From NCBI RefSeq assembly GCF_009914755.1, contig NC_060926.1: DNA of 64,000 nt; one strand, 5' to 3'. The DNA is from the human T2T-CHM13v2.0 reference genome, Homo sapiens. The notes under the pieces are model-generated. The model saw only the letters and a program-made list of their open reading frames with translations. It searched no databases and was not told where the DNA came from. Shown piece after piece: positions 25,411-44,231 of this stretch. The translations under genes were made by a program, and so were the position numbers. How positions within the stretch are numbered: position 1 is the stretch's first letter; the number at the start of each line of letters is the position of its first letter.

Positions 25411-26899
25411 TAAAGGCAAACAGATAAGAAATTAAAGACCAATATTTTTTCCCTAACTTGGGAAAGAAAATATATGACTCCTCTAATACATTCTATTTTC
25501 TCAAGTGAAACATGGCAGGCACGCTTCTCTTTTTCAGGAACTTCTGGTCTCTTTAAGGAATTATCACCAGAGTGCTCCACATGTAAACACATGTGAACAC
25601 ACACATATGCATGCATACATACACACACACACACCCACTGCAATGTATGACCCTGACTAAAAAACAAAAACCAAAAAGGAACAAAACCAAAACTCTACCT
25701 ATAGTAAAATCATGCCAATGGAGGAGAAAGCAGTGAGATGCCAAGCGGCATCTCTTTTTTGGCAATTACTTCTTAAGTGAAATGGGAGTTTTCCACCTTG
25801 GAAATTTGACTCATCACAAGATGACAATGAAACTCAGGTCTTGTGCTTTTAATGTACATTTGACTTTCAGGCTGGTTAAAAGGGTCTGGAGGGGACAAGA
25901 GGTATAATAGACAAGGATATTTCAGTGGCAAGGTGATCACATTGGGATGCAATCTTGTCTCCCCAGGGAAACTGTAAGCTGTCAAATATTGTTTTTGCTC
26001 AAGTATTTTTTATTGCTTTCATGACCTGAATTTTCAGGTAGAAATATTTTTAAAACATTATACATTTTATCTGTCAGATTTGTTTTAATGCCAATTACAT
26101 CATTATTATTGTTACATTTTTAGCTGTCTAGTGACTCCAATTATTCAAACTTAACACATAATGCCCAATCCTAAATTTTTGATGTGCTTTGTATAATTTG
26201 TTTTCTTTGATACCTGAAGGGTTTTCTTTCTGTGTTCTCATGAGTTTGTCACCAAGTGCTATTTATTTTTGCAATTAAAATGAGCCCAAAATAGTTAGAG
26301 AAAAGGCTCAGTAACTTTACATCCACCCAAAAGCAGCACTTTTGGTATTGAGACACATCTGGTAACAGAATCTTGACCAGGCTGAGATCCCAAGGGTTCC
26401 AAGTATTTAAAAGGTGCTTAATATGCTCTACTGAGGTGTGGAACAGATGCTTAAAGCCCACAAAATCCAGGAGGTTTGTTGACATGAACTGGCCATATTG
26501 TTATATATCTTCCTATTTAATAAATAAAATACAAACCTGTTTAAACCTTGATTCTGTTTATGAAGAAATATACATTGGGTATTCAAAGATGGTCAAGTAA
26601 TAAAGATGAATTATTTGAGGAATATGTGTAGAGGATGACTTCATGAATTATAAAAGTAAGATATAAATGTGAAATGTACTGATATTTATTTTTAAGTTTA
26701 CTAAGTGAAATGCACATTAGATACCTTATCTTTTGTTCTGATAATGAATAATTGCCAAAATTCATTTCCCGATGTAGAAATTTCCCTTCATTCACCAAAG
26801 GGCTAATTCCTCTGATGTGCAATCAGTCTACCATCAGTGGATGTATTGATATATTACTCCATACTGCAGCATGCTACCAATATTTCCTTACTTTTCTTA

Positions 26900-27960
26900 A
26901 TTCACAAATTATTTAATTATTTCACTTTCTGCATGCTTTTCTGTACTAGCAACAGCATCATTTTTTTTAATGACTATAACATCCATGCAATTCCACCTAG
27001 TACTCTGACTCATCAGGTCTTCAAACTCTTCAAGTCTACTTTTCCACTTCTGAAATGTTGATTTCCATTATCTTGTTTTCTAAACATGATATCTTACCTT
27101 TAAAACTTACTTATGATTTTATCCAAACTCCAACATATTCTCAGCCGTATAGTGGCATGAGGCTGAGTGATCCAACTGCTTTTCACTGCTAACATCTTCT
27201 TTGTGTTATTTCTCATCTAATCTAACTTAGATTCAATAGTCTGATGCCAGTGCTGCTTTTCACAGAGTCTGAACACCTTCGAATGACATATATGACCAAA
27301 ATCAAGTCTAGTAAAACTGACTAATCTAACCTCATACAAACTTAACTGTTGAATGAGATTACTATATATTTTATATAGCTAATATATATTATATAATATA
27401 TAAGGTGCATTATATATATTACCATATATTATATATTTATATATAGTAATATATAAATATGTTAAATGTATATGTAAATTTAAGTTTATATATATAAATA
27501 AATAAAATCTGTCAATCTGAACTTACTTTAAGATAACAAATTTTAAGTGTTCCTTAGCACTGCCCAATAATGTCTCAATATTTTCCTAGTTATTTCCATT
27601 TGCAATGACCTGAGATGATTATTTTATATACAACTTAAATACAACTTCCTCCTTACACAGTCTCAGCTGATGCCTCACTGTAAATTCACTGGAAAAATAG
27701 AAATCATCAGATACGTATGAGTTATTTTTCTATTACCAATTATATATATGTATTTAAGTCCATGCACACACACACATAAACACAAACACACACACACTTC
27801 TCTTCCTCATGTTACATTGGATGTACTATCGTAGTGCCTTTCTAAGTCCAAAACTTCAATTTGTATACTGGACTCCATCAACTCTCACCATCTAAAAAAT
27901 TCCTTCTCCAAATAGTCTTATATATACCTGCATTACTAATGCATTCCTCTCTTCATCCAA
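26900..27960 (+). mobile_element. Decayed L2 ORF2 region, interrupted by TA-rich low-complexity sequence (about 27360-27500)
   Basis: aatgactataacatccat resembles the GDFNIH endonuclease motif; pyrimidine-rich L2-like sequence. Confidence 0.5.
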
Positions 27961-28249
27961 TCATTAAGAAGAAAACATGCTAAGAAACTTTCATTTCTGA
28001 GATTATAGAATTTACATTAAAATACCTCTTGATTTTAGAAAAAGTATCTAATAGAAATTGTGGGCATGATTTAGCAGGGATATTTCTATAAGTATGATTG
28101 TGTTTATAAAATATTAAGAAAGGTTCCCCAGGCATCCAACATGAAGAAAGAGTACAAAATCCTACTGACATGTTGACATCACATGTATGGCTGCTCTGAA
28201 TGTATTTCCATATCTCATTAACTTAGACATATTGAGTTTGAATGGATTC

Positions 28250-29570
28250 CTGTAGACCAAAACATAAAAATCTCTTGCTTTATTATTTATTTTAAGTATA
28301 TAGTTTGCCTTAAAACAGTATGTGTATATTATTTAGAAATTTAAAAATATTTTAAAGGTCAAAATGGAGAGTGATATAGAACATAGAAAGAAAATAAATC
28401 CGGAACCTTCAGAAGTCTATAATCTATATCCTCAGTGAAAAATCAGATTAGAAGAAAAAAAAGAATTGCTAACTCTGCTCTTTGTGGGACAATGTGCCCT
28501 CTAAAGAGTCATACACATAGTCAAAATTCTATCAAAAAAATTAATTTAAAATGCTCACAGATTTGTGTTGCCCTGGAACTGCAAGCCAAATGCAAATAAT
28601 CTTTACTGGTATGTATTTTCACATACCATTCCCACAAAGTTCTGCTGTTTGAAAATGAGTACATTATTCAAAATTATGAAACACAAAAGGAAAAACATAC
28701 TGCTATAAATGAGAGTCTGAAGAAGAATATATTCAAAGGAGTATATATATTGAATAATGTATAAGTTCAAATGTTTTGAAAAGTAAAATAAAAAGTTGAA
28801 TATGTGATCCAGGAATAAGATCTTAGCCTAATACATAAAGGCAAATATTAGAAATTAAAATTACACTAGATAGGTGAATCGGCAACTTAGACAAAGTCAA
28901 AGTAAAATTTTGTAAAAAGAGATACACACAAAGAAATTAAACTGAACATAAGAAACAGAAGCAAAGCAAAGAAAAAATATAAAGAGGAAATTCAAATCTA
29001 TTGTAGCAAATAAAAAGAAGTTTGGTATGAGACCAACCCAGAAAAAGCCATGTCATATAGAGAAAGAAGGAGATAAAAATTAAAAGAAAGTAATGGAAAT
29101 TTAAAGAACATTCTGAAAATGTTACAGAAGTAAGGAAGAAAAATACTAATATTCAGATTTAGAAATTATCAAAAATTATGCAGAATAAATAAAAGTAATT
29201 CCACCTCTAAATACATCATGGTGAAAAGAACAAGAAATGGTACAATTTTAAATCAGCCAAGAGGAAACACGGATTATTTACTAGGGAACAGAACTTTGAT
29301 TGACAGCACCCTTCCCATCAGCAAAAATAAAGTCACAAGATAGAAAAGCAATAATAAATTTTTTCGATGTACAGAGAAAAATAATTATCAAACCAAAATT
29401 GTTTAACCAACCAAATGAGCATTTAATAATTAAGACATTTTCAATATATACACACACTCAAACACACACACAACACACACTCACACTCCAAAATAGTTTA
29501 CCAGCAAGAGTCTCACTAAAGACATTCCTATGTCACATAGTTTTTAAAAATTCTCAGAAAACAGATTTTT
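28250..29570 (+). mobile_element. Very old L1M/HAL1-like 5'UTR-ORF1 remnant
   Basis: A-rich ORF1-like sequence (ccacctctaaatacatcatggtgaaa; gattgacagcacccttcccatcagcaaaaat; aataattatcaaaccaaaatt). Confidence 0.55.
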
Positions 29571-29600
29571 GTTTATCTAATAATGTCTTGTTTGCAGGTT

Positions 29601-29769
29601 GCAACTTCAGCAAAGTCTCAGGATACAAAATCAATGTGCAAAAAATCACAAGCATTCTTATACACCAATAACAGACAAACAGAGAGCCAAATCATGAGTG
29701 AACTCCCATTCACAATTGCTTCAAAGAGAATAAAATACCTAGGAATCCAACTTACAGGGGATGTGAAGG
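29601..29769 (+). mobile_element. Isolated internal ORF2 fragment of a young L1PA
   Basis: gcaacttcagcaaagtctcaggatacaaaatcaatgtgc...gatgtgaagg encodes [52 protein letters not shown]. Confidence 0.95.
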
Positions 29770-29791
29770 TTCATTATTGATCTAATTTTCT

Positions 29792-30017
29792 TTTTTGTTG
29801 TTGTTGTTGTTTTTGTTTTTTGTTTTTTAATTTTATTATTATTATACTTTAAGTTTTAGGGTACATGTGCATAACGTGCAGGTTTGTTACATATGTATAC
29901 ATGTGCCATGTTGGTGTGCTGCACCCATTAACTCGTCATTTAGCATTAGGTATATCTCCTAATGCTCTCCCTTCCCCCTCCCCCTCCCACAACAGTCCCC
30001 GGTGTGTGATGTTCCCC
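29792..30017 (-). mobile_element. Very short young L1PA (PA3-5-like) 3' end with 16-bp TSD
   Basis: Antisense L1PA 3'UTR with T-rich tail; TSD ATTGATCTAATTTTCT at 29776-29791 and 30018-30033. Confidence 0.96.
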
Positions 30018-30672
30018 ATTGATCTAATTTTCTGTGTGCACTGTTTGTTTATAATATCTCCTACCTTTGTAGTTATATATGGATTCCAGAGTAGTTCTTC
30101 CAGGTTGAAGCATGTAGAAATCACAGCAGGAAATTTCATTATTCCTCTAGTGGTACATTTCACTTCACTCATGTTATTGCTAGCATTGAATCACACTGCT
30201 GTACCTTTGTGGGAAGGAGACATAAAGTAGTGGCTGGTTTACCATTTCTCAGGTACAACATAATTATAATGGAAGTAGAGAACAGATTTTAGTTAATAGC
30301 TTAGCTTTCCCCACCATTACAGCTCAATATGATCCTTTCCCATGTAATCTTTTTCTGGGGGACTGCTTTGCTCAAGGGTGACTCATATCGTATTGCTCAC
30401 CAGTTAATAATTTTATAATATTGTGATCACAGCCAAATCATTTCATATCTGAAAAGGACTTTAGTAAATATGCATCTATATTTTCATAGATGTGTGTATC
30501 TCTTTATCTTTTTCTGAGCTCCTACTAAGGACCAAGTATTAAATACAAAGTGGTGACCAAGGAGCAGTGGTACTTACCCTAAGAGGTTTAAGCCTAAAGG
30601 GCAAGATGGGGATGAGATAAACAAGCTTGTGTAATAATCTCACTAATTAAGACATAACTTCTAACTTCCATT

Positions 30673-30810
30673 TTATATATATATACACACACATATATTC
30701 TATATATATAATGCTATATATAATATATATATAATGCTATATATATGTGCTAGGAATATATATATTCGTGTGTGTGTATATATATCTACATATATATACA
30801 TATACACATA
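30673..30810. repeat. (TA)n-rich compound microsatellite
   Basis: Directly visible. Confidence 0.85.
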
Positions 30811-31569
30811 AGACTTTTTAAAAATAAATTTTGAATAGATTACCACCATTGTTTATATTAATCACTGAAGCAATTATTCTTCATACATGAGATAAGTAGT
30901 ATAATATGGTTATATTTATTTGTTCAATTTTTTATGATTTAATAATTTCTTATTTTCTCTTTGTGTTCTTCCTGTGGAATCTAAGTAAGCAACTTCTCCA
31001 TTTTCACATGGATGCAAGGAATGAATTAGACATTTGATCTAATTTTCATACTGCAAATATAATGTTCATCCCACTCTGCAACATGCTAAAGTTTGTGGAA
31101 TCATCTGTGTGGAAGCACATAAAACAAATGACAGTTTTAGCCTCATTCAGCAAATAAAACAAATGACAATTTTAGCCTCATTCTGTTACAGCCTGAAGAC
31201 ATGATAGTAGTGTAAGGGAAAAAAGTAAAGATTAATATCCCTAGAGCAGTTTTTTTCTCATAAACTCCAAGGCCAAAGTTTTATTTGTCTGTTGATAGTC
31301 TAAAAACTATGAATATATTCAATTATTCATACTTTTTATAATTATTGAATGTATAGAAAAAACAGCTAGCAAATAAAGTGATGCTATTTTTATTTTCATG
31401 CTAGTTATCTAAAATTGTTTAAAAACAGATATTTAGGTTAACATCTGAGTGAAAACATTTAGGTAAAAATTATAATGTAACTGATAAGTTAATATAAAAT
31501 ATTGTGTGGTAGTACACAGATAAGTTACTACAGGCTGGGAAAAGCTGCATTCTAAGGCAAAGTAAGTAT

Positions 31570-31800
31570 CTTTTGTATTCTTCACCTATTATGTGTCAGG
31601 GAGTGTAACATTCACATGTCTACTTTTTAAATCAATTCATCCAAAGAGATACATATAGTCCCATTTACAGAGGAAAAAAACCTAGGTAAGAATGTTAAAT
31701 AAATTCCCCAAAGTAAGGTAACTGATAAAGGGCAAAGTCAACTTGTCAAATGCTAGACCTGCCCAATTCCAATGTGATTTTCTTCATCCTCTGCCTTGCC
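31570..31800 (-). mobile_element. MIR
   Basis: cccatttacagaggaaaaaaa...gttaaataaattccccaaagt. Confidence 0.55.
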
Positions 31801-31974
31801 CAGGTGTATATGGAGCAAGGAAAGATCTCATAAGTTTACAGTGATCTTGAGGAAACACATTTTTGCTTGCTTGCTATGTATCAGCTACTCATTATACAGG
31901 TGTTTCCCAGGTCAGAAGAAAATACAAGGTTGTAACCATTTACCTTAGGCTATGAAAAGAGAAAGTAACAGTAA

Positions 31975-35930
<3,956 letters not shown>

Positions 35931-36263
35931 TAATAATATAAAACTATGGTGTAAAGCATCAGCAAGCACTCTGTGATTTATTACCAATAATTGCTTATTA
36001 TTTACATTTTAATTCTTTTTAAATGCTAATATAGATGAAAACATAGAAGGCGCCATGCCCCCATTAGTTATAAAGAACCTTTCCTAACTCTGAATACAAA
36101 ATTACTTGACATCAAATACTGTCAGTATTAATTTAAAAAGTACTATATAGCACACAATAGCATTGTTATATTTTATTTTATTTTATTTTCAAAATCATGA
36201 ATCAGCAACATCATTGGACTTGTTGAGTTTTCAGAGCACATTTTTTATTCTTATTGCGTAAAT

Positions 36264-36299
<36 letters not shown>

Positions 36300-37016
36300 C
36301 TTTCATGGTTGCCTTCTTAAGGCACATCAAAATCCACGTAGTAAGCCGCCTGCTTCTAGTGTTGATGAAGTGTTTGCAGGTACAACGGGAAAAATGCCTA
36401 ATGTTTCTAACACTCTTACCCAATTTTTGTTCTTTGGGGTGTGTTTCTTCAACTGGCAGTTTTGCTCCATGTCTTCTATGGAAGAAAGTCCCCTGAGGCA
36501 ACAGGGGCTTGTCTGGCTTCAGGAAAAGGCTCTGCATCCCTTGCTCCCCTAAGGCAGCATCTGGGTGTGTGTTGGCTGCCAAGGAGTGGTGCACCTGTGT
36601 GCAGCATGAGACAGTGGCGATAGCTCTTGGTGTTTCGCAACGCCCCAGAGCCATCTGGAGAACCAAATGAGTGCCAGGAAATTAGCAAATTTGGACACAA
36701 ACCAAGTCAAGCAACTTACTTAAAAGACAGACCCAACTTTCTCAATGCTTCCTCTTTAGAAAGTGATGGAAAAATTACAGATTTGGAGTCAAAGCGAGGT
36801 GAAAACTACGTCTTCATTTCTTAAAAGCTTTGTGACCTTACCCCCAATTAATTTGTCTAATCTTACTTTTTAAGAATAATATCTATAAAAAGCTCACAAT
36901 TTTATAATATACATTATGCCTAATGTTTCATTTTTTTTTGACTTCAGAAACTCTGGAGATACAGATCAAATCAGGCCTGGGAGAACTGGGTACTTAACTT
37001 TGTGCAGATAAGTTAA

Positions 37017-37364
<348 letters not shown>

Positions 37365-37377
37365 AAAGTCCTTTTCT

Positions 37378-38250
<873 letters not shown>

Positions 38251-40094
38251 AAAAGCCAAATGCATAGGAATTCACAGTAAGGGAAATGACTACAAGGTGT
38301 CCCCATTTTTCTCTCTTAACATGACTGTCCCTTTTTGAATATTAGACCAGAAAAAAAATGCATTCTTAAACATTCATTGTAAGCAATCACTTTTGTTTGA
38401 GTATACTTGAGTGAAAGATTTTTTAATGGAAAAAAATTTTTTTAAATGTAAATTACCAAAATTTATTTTTAGTTGAAACTAAATATATGTATATATAGGC
38501 ATAGTCTACAATTCTCTTTGAAAAAAAATAAAATATAGGCATGTTTATACACATTCTCAGTTGTGTTTGGATTTTACATCATGCAAAATTCAATGAGCTT
38601 CTTAGATGAAGTGATAATGGGAGTCATAAAATCATGACAGGCAATTTACACTTGACGAATCCGTCCCCATGAAATTTTGTATGAAAAAAATTAAACTGGG
38701 GCAAAGCTTGCTAAAACCAATCAATAGTGTGTGAATAATGTAGGTTAAAAAAAGGTCTTTGAGCCAACTGAATTCTGGCCACAGGAATTTTGGGGAAAAT
38801 ATGAGGAATATGTTTTGTCTAGTTTACCCAATGTGCTGATATTTACTCTATGGATTTGTAGGGGAAAACTGACTGGAATATGAAATAAAATTTGCTTTCC
38901 TCTTCATTAAGTCTACATTTGGACCACAGAGGAGAACAATCTGGTTACCTCCTCTGAGTCCAATATTTATGAACTGCAATTCTGGTTTATGTTCATTCAG
39001 ATGACCAAGAAGGTCAGAGGCTTGGGACTCAGAAATACTTGGACTTAGACTCCAACTCTAATGTCTGAATGACGCTGGCAATTTGTACAGCTTTGAAAAA
39101 CCTCATTTTCTTCTCCTCACATTCAGAAAATAATAACTACTTAATGTATCAGGTGTTTGATAACTGTAAAACAAATATTAGTTTTCTTCCTTTCTGTTTC
39201 CACTTTCCACACTCCCTCCTTCTCATATCTATGAAACAAAGCAAATGGAACTCCATTCATCACTTGTCTGATCAAGTCCAGTTAACCCACAAAATACCAT
39301 TTTAATATTGTTCTGCCCAGAGTTCCCACCCACAAGAATAATTTTTGCAACAATCCGAACACTTGAATTATGATGGCTATGGGGATTTTTGTCTCCTTTA
39401 ATTTCAGTGGAAACTATTCCTCTGCATTCAGATTTACAGAGCAGGTTGTTTCATGAAGCAGAATAGGCAGAAGTCAGAGTGAATATACTTATTAATACGG
39501 TGAAGCAAGAGAGAATATTCAATCAATATTTGCCGTTGTTAATGAGTCTGGCATACTTGGCTTGAGGCTTTGTTCTACTTAATTCAATTTCAATTTTTTG
39601 ACTACAAAGAAATGACTGTTAATCCTCAAAAAGTGTCCATTTTTTCCTAAATTAAATATTTCATTTTTATGGTATCATCTGCTAATCCCCACAGTAATTG
39701 GTTTAATTAAAGGAAAACTATCCTCTTTATTTCAGTATGACTTATCCAAAATATTTTGTGGGTCTCTTCATAATTCTTACATCACTGAATTACTCTTAAT
39801 TTATTTCCACAAAAATATTCCCTCTTATCTTCTATTCCTCAAGATGTCTATTATGAACACGTGGATACCAAAATTAAAAATATAAGGCCATTTACAAGAG
39901 GATCTCTTATAGAATAATAACCCAGTTAGAGAAAATATTTCTAAAAAATTATTAATAATTGTTTTATAATATATTTATAATACTTATTTTCATATTTACT
40001 TCATATATTATATAAAACTATAGTACTTTGTTATAACATTTTATTAATATCATTACATTTTGTAACATTTACACCATCTGAATGAGTTTATAGA

Positions 40095-40400
40095 AAGCGC
40101 TTGGTATTGGAGGAGTTTTGGCAAAAGTCTGAATGGGTGTCAGGGTGTTTACCTTCTAGCCACTTCCAAATCACATGATCTCAGGTGACTACTTTAATCT
40201 CTCTGATTTTCCATTATAAATGACAGGCAGGACTTTGAGATTTAAATTCTACCTTTCATGACTTTGGAAACATTATGCAACCTTTCTGAGCCTCAGTTTT
40301 CTTATTTGTAAAAGGGAGTTAATCATAGTATCTCCCTCATTGATACTGTGTATTCATTATATGTAACATACTTACAAACCTTATATAGTAGGTGCTATAT
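40095..40400 (+). mobile_element. Two adjacent MIR fragments
   Basis: tttaatctctctgattttccattataaatg and aacctttctgagcctcagttttcttatttgtaaaaggga cores. Confidence 0.65.
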
Positions 40401-41923
40401 TACTTTTCTCCTCTCCTATTATAAATACAGAGTTTTATTCCATAACATGCAAATTGTTTCTTACACTTAGGCGAGTGGAAGGATGAATATGAGAGTTTCT
40501 GGCTTATAGGTGCTTGAAATTTTTATTAAAGTTTGAACTGCATGTTTTGCAAATAATGCTCAGTGTCATAATAGGGTAGCTCCTAAGGAAGAGCAATTTT
40601 AAACTTTATTCTTTGATTCTACAATTACTTCTGGAGTACCTTCTAGTCTCCATGAACTTTTCTAGGGTTTGGAACAAAAATAAACAAATATGTCATATAG
40701 AAGATGGTTGGTGATGCTACTGCACGGGAATTTGTCTTGATGCAATGGGGACCTCTGTGCACACTATTAGGAAAGACAGCCCAGTGGGCACTAAGCAGCG
40801 AAGCTCACAAACAAAATCAAAATGCTCAATCACACAGTTATTGAATCGCTTTAAATCACAGAGTGAGAAGCAAGGCAAAAGAGATGACACTTAGCATAGG
40901 GTGCAAGTAAGAAGTCCTCACTGCCTGAATCCCGTGGCATACAATGCTCAGCTGTCCCAACACTCTCTGCCATGTCAATCTTTCTGCTGATGGTGCCACA
41001 ATACAAGGACAGAATTTAGGTTCAAACAAAGGGGCCCACAGATAAGCAGTATCCTTGACCAATTACACACTTGCTCTATTGGAGAGACTCGGGGATGTGT
41101 AACTTGACAAAGCTGAAGCTTGACTGAAGAACAGCTATGGGATGAATGAATTAATTAATTAATATGAGCAGAGGATATTTGAGGCCAGAATAGGTGTCAT
41201 CAGCATGTGGCTGAATTTAAAACCTCATGAAAATTAAGTATCCATGCCTGCTGACTGTATGCTGAACATTTAGTGGCTCCTGCATACTTACATATAGTGG
41301 ATATTTAGCTTGTAAATATCTCCCAGTACTTCTACTCCTTTCTGTTTAATACACATGCCCTATTTCCACATTACCTATCTCATACTTTAACATGTCACAT
41401 GCATTCTGCCCATATCTAACAAAAGTTTTACTACTACTTATCTACCTTGAATATTCTGAAGTTTTTGCTTGTGTTTGGCAAACTGAAAATGTATTGATTA
41501 ATGCACAAATACATTATAGATACAAAAAAAATCCCAAAGCAGGCTAATGATAGTTTGGCCCCCAAATCACCTATAACATTCCTACTCTCTGGTGCAGCAC
41601 ATGAATCAGGCCTTCCAATGGGAGAAGTTTCCCCACATTTCTGCACCGGTACTGACACTTGTGTCTCTGTCCTCCAGCCACTCTGGGTGCTGCTCCCTCA
41701 GTCCCTGTGGGCCTCAGTCCCACTGTCTCTAATCGGTGGTTAGAGCCTACTGAGTAGTCTGCTTCTGCCACCCTCTGCTCGTTCTTCGCTGAGACTCTTG
41801 GCATAGCTCCTCTCTCTGCTAGAGCTTGGAGGAGTTTTGCCTTCTTTGCTGCTTAGCGATCTCAGAAGCACATCTCAGTCTCCCTCTGGGTGGCAAAAAA
41901 AAAAAAATCATTCCTTCACATGT

Positions 41924-42284
41924 TGATATGGTTTGGTTCTGTGTCCCCACCCAAATCTCACCTCGAATTGTAATCCCCATAAACTCCACATATCAAAGGT
42001 GGGACCAGGTGAAGGTAATTGAATCACGGGGGCAGTTTCCCCTCATGCTGTTCTCATGATAATGAGTGAGTTTCAGGAGAGCTGATGGTTTTAGAAGTGC
42101 CTGGCATTTCCCCTGCTTGCACTCACTTTGTCCTGCCACCCTGTGAAGAAGGTGCCTGCTTCTCCTTTGGCTTCCACCATCACTGGAAGTTTCCTGAGGC
42201 CTCCCAGCAATGTGAAACTCTTTCCTTCATAAATTACCCAGTCTCAGGCATTTCTTCATAGCAGTGTGAGAACGAGCTAATATA
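41924..42284 (+). mobile_element. THE1 (THE1D-like) solo LTR with 5-bp TSD
   Basis: tgatatggtttgg...ctaatata ends; TSD CATGT at 41919-41923 and 42285-42289. Confidence 0.93.
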
Positions 42285-44165
42285 CATGTCCTGTCTTCAT
42301 TTTAGAGATATCATAGCAGAGTTGTATGAATCTCTCTCTCTAACCTATCTTTTCACCTATCTATCTCTTCATCCATTTATAAATGTATATTGCCTTGTAT
42401 ATTTTTGTTACACTATTCAGACCATGACTATTCTTTCAGCGGTCTCCATGTTCATTGACACATTCTGGTTTTCAATGAGCAACTTCAAATGCATCAAACA
42501 GGTTTGTATCTATCTGAATTCCAAAAATGATACATTTAAAATCATTTCCATAGGCTTCTCTGGCCGAATAGACATCAAAATTTTCTGCCGGCTGCCACTG
42601 AGAATGGAATGCCTTTTAATACTATAGGAACACATGTCTTGGCAATAAAAACCCTGATCACACAAAAGACACATAAATATTCTGTAATAAACTTTTGCTG
42701 TGGCTTGAAAGATATGGGGGAAAAATAAATACGATTTTGAAAAACTAGACAGGAACATTTTGAATAAGTAATATTTAAAATGAGAAAAGGTAATTTTGAG
42801 AGGTAGATACTGGAGACGGGGATTGATTACTTAAAGAAAAAAATAAATAAATGAAAGCATGATGGTTTTGAGGTTGTTTCCAAAGAAAAATTGATAAATT
42901 TTTATACATCTGAAAATTGTGGAGGGAGGGACATTTGAATATGATTTCTACACAGATGGTGTTACGGCAGCCATTGACCTAACCAGTGATCTCTTATTTG
43001 CCATTTTATATTAACTTTTCATATTCCTCAAGTGTACAAGGTATGTTTTTGTTACATAAAGATATTTAGAATGTCTTTATAATGAATACTTCTGTGTTTT
43101 AATGTCACATTTTTTTCAAAATCTATTATTACATTTACTATTAAAATTAATGATTTCTTATAATCAGAAAAATATGCTATTAATCATATACTCTCAAGAA
43201 TTCTCACCTAAGGAAAAAGATATGATTATAATCTAAAAACCCTTGAAAAGCCAAAATGTCAATTTGGTTCGCTTTTGGAATATGAAAATAGACTAGGATA
43301 TAAGTTCACATGTGTCAAAACCATCCAGTTTTCTTCAGACACTCTAATCTTTTTGTTATGTCTTGGGTCTTGACTTCATTTGGAGTAATTACAAACTCTG
43401 CATTCAAAAAATAGCTACTTAAAAAACGAAGAAAAACTAGACATAATCACCATAAATGGATTATCTACTTCTCTTGAATAATCAGCACTTGTCAATCACC
43501 TATTTGTATTTCACCCTGTGTTGCTGCCTGCATAAAGCAATTAATCAATCAATTCAGACATTATTTTTTAAATTTAAAAATCTTCACTACAATAAAGACA
43601 AATGTAAAACTTTATCAATGCCCTTCAAAATGAAGACATCAATTTTATCTTTGGAATATCCTTAGGGAGCATTTGGTGTCAGCTAAGATGCCTCTATTTG
43701 CAAGCTAGAATGCCCCAAATCAGAACACAACATTGATTTTCTGCAATGACAAGAATTCCAGCAGTAGGAAAAACTCCAGGCTTGATGGCTTCACTGGTTG
43801 ACTGCTGTCATCAATGATCAAGAAGTTTTCCATTCTCCGATTGGTCAGTTCTCCTCTATGTGCAAACTTTGCATTCACACTTGGTCCCAACATGGCAAAA
43901 TGGTCACAGAAGTTGCAGGCACCATTCAGCTGCAAAAACCATTATAAAGATGAAAAGTACATTTGTTTCTTTCATTTATTTCTTATATGCAAAACATTCC
44001 ATTAAGATTTATCTCCTGTCTGTATTGGAACATAAACCAATCACTCTCACAAGAAACCAGACTGCCATGATTAGTTTAGACAAATTATTTGTGAGTAGTA
44101 AAAATATTGAGGAAGGAACCACAAAGTTCTCTACATCAGGCAAATTTTAATGGGCATTTTAAGCC

Positions 44166-44231
44166 AGGCATTTGTAAGTCCTTTTTTTGTAAAGGGCCAG
44201 ATGGTAAATATTTCAGGCTTTTCAGGCCACA
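44166..44231 (+). mobile_element. MER58A (hAT-Charlie) terminal fragment
   Basis: ttttttgtaaagggccagatggtaaatatttcaggcttttcaggccac. Confidence 0.7.

Noticed and set aside
36211-36666. 151-aa minus-strand ORF with poly-Lys
   Set aside because: The poly-Lys comes from the T30 run, the start is non-ATG and there is no recognisable homology
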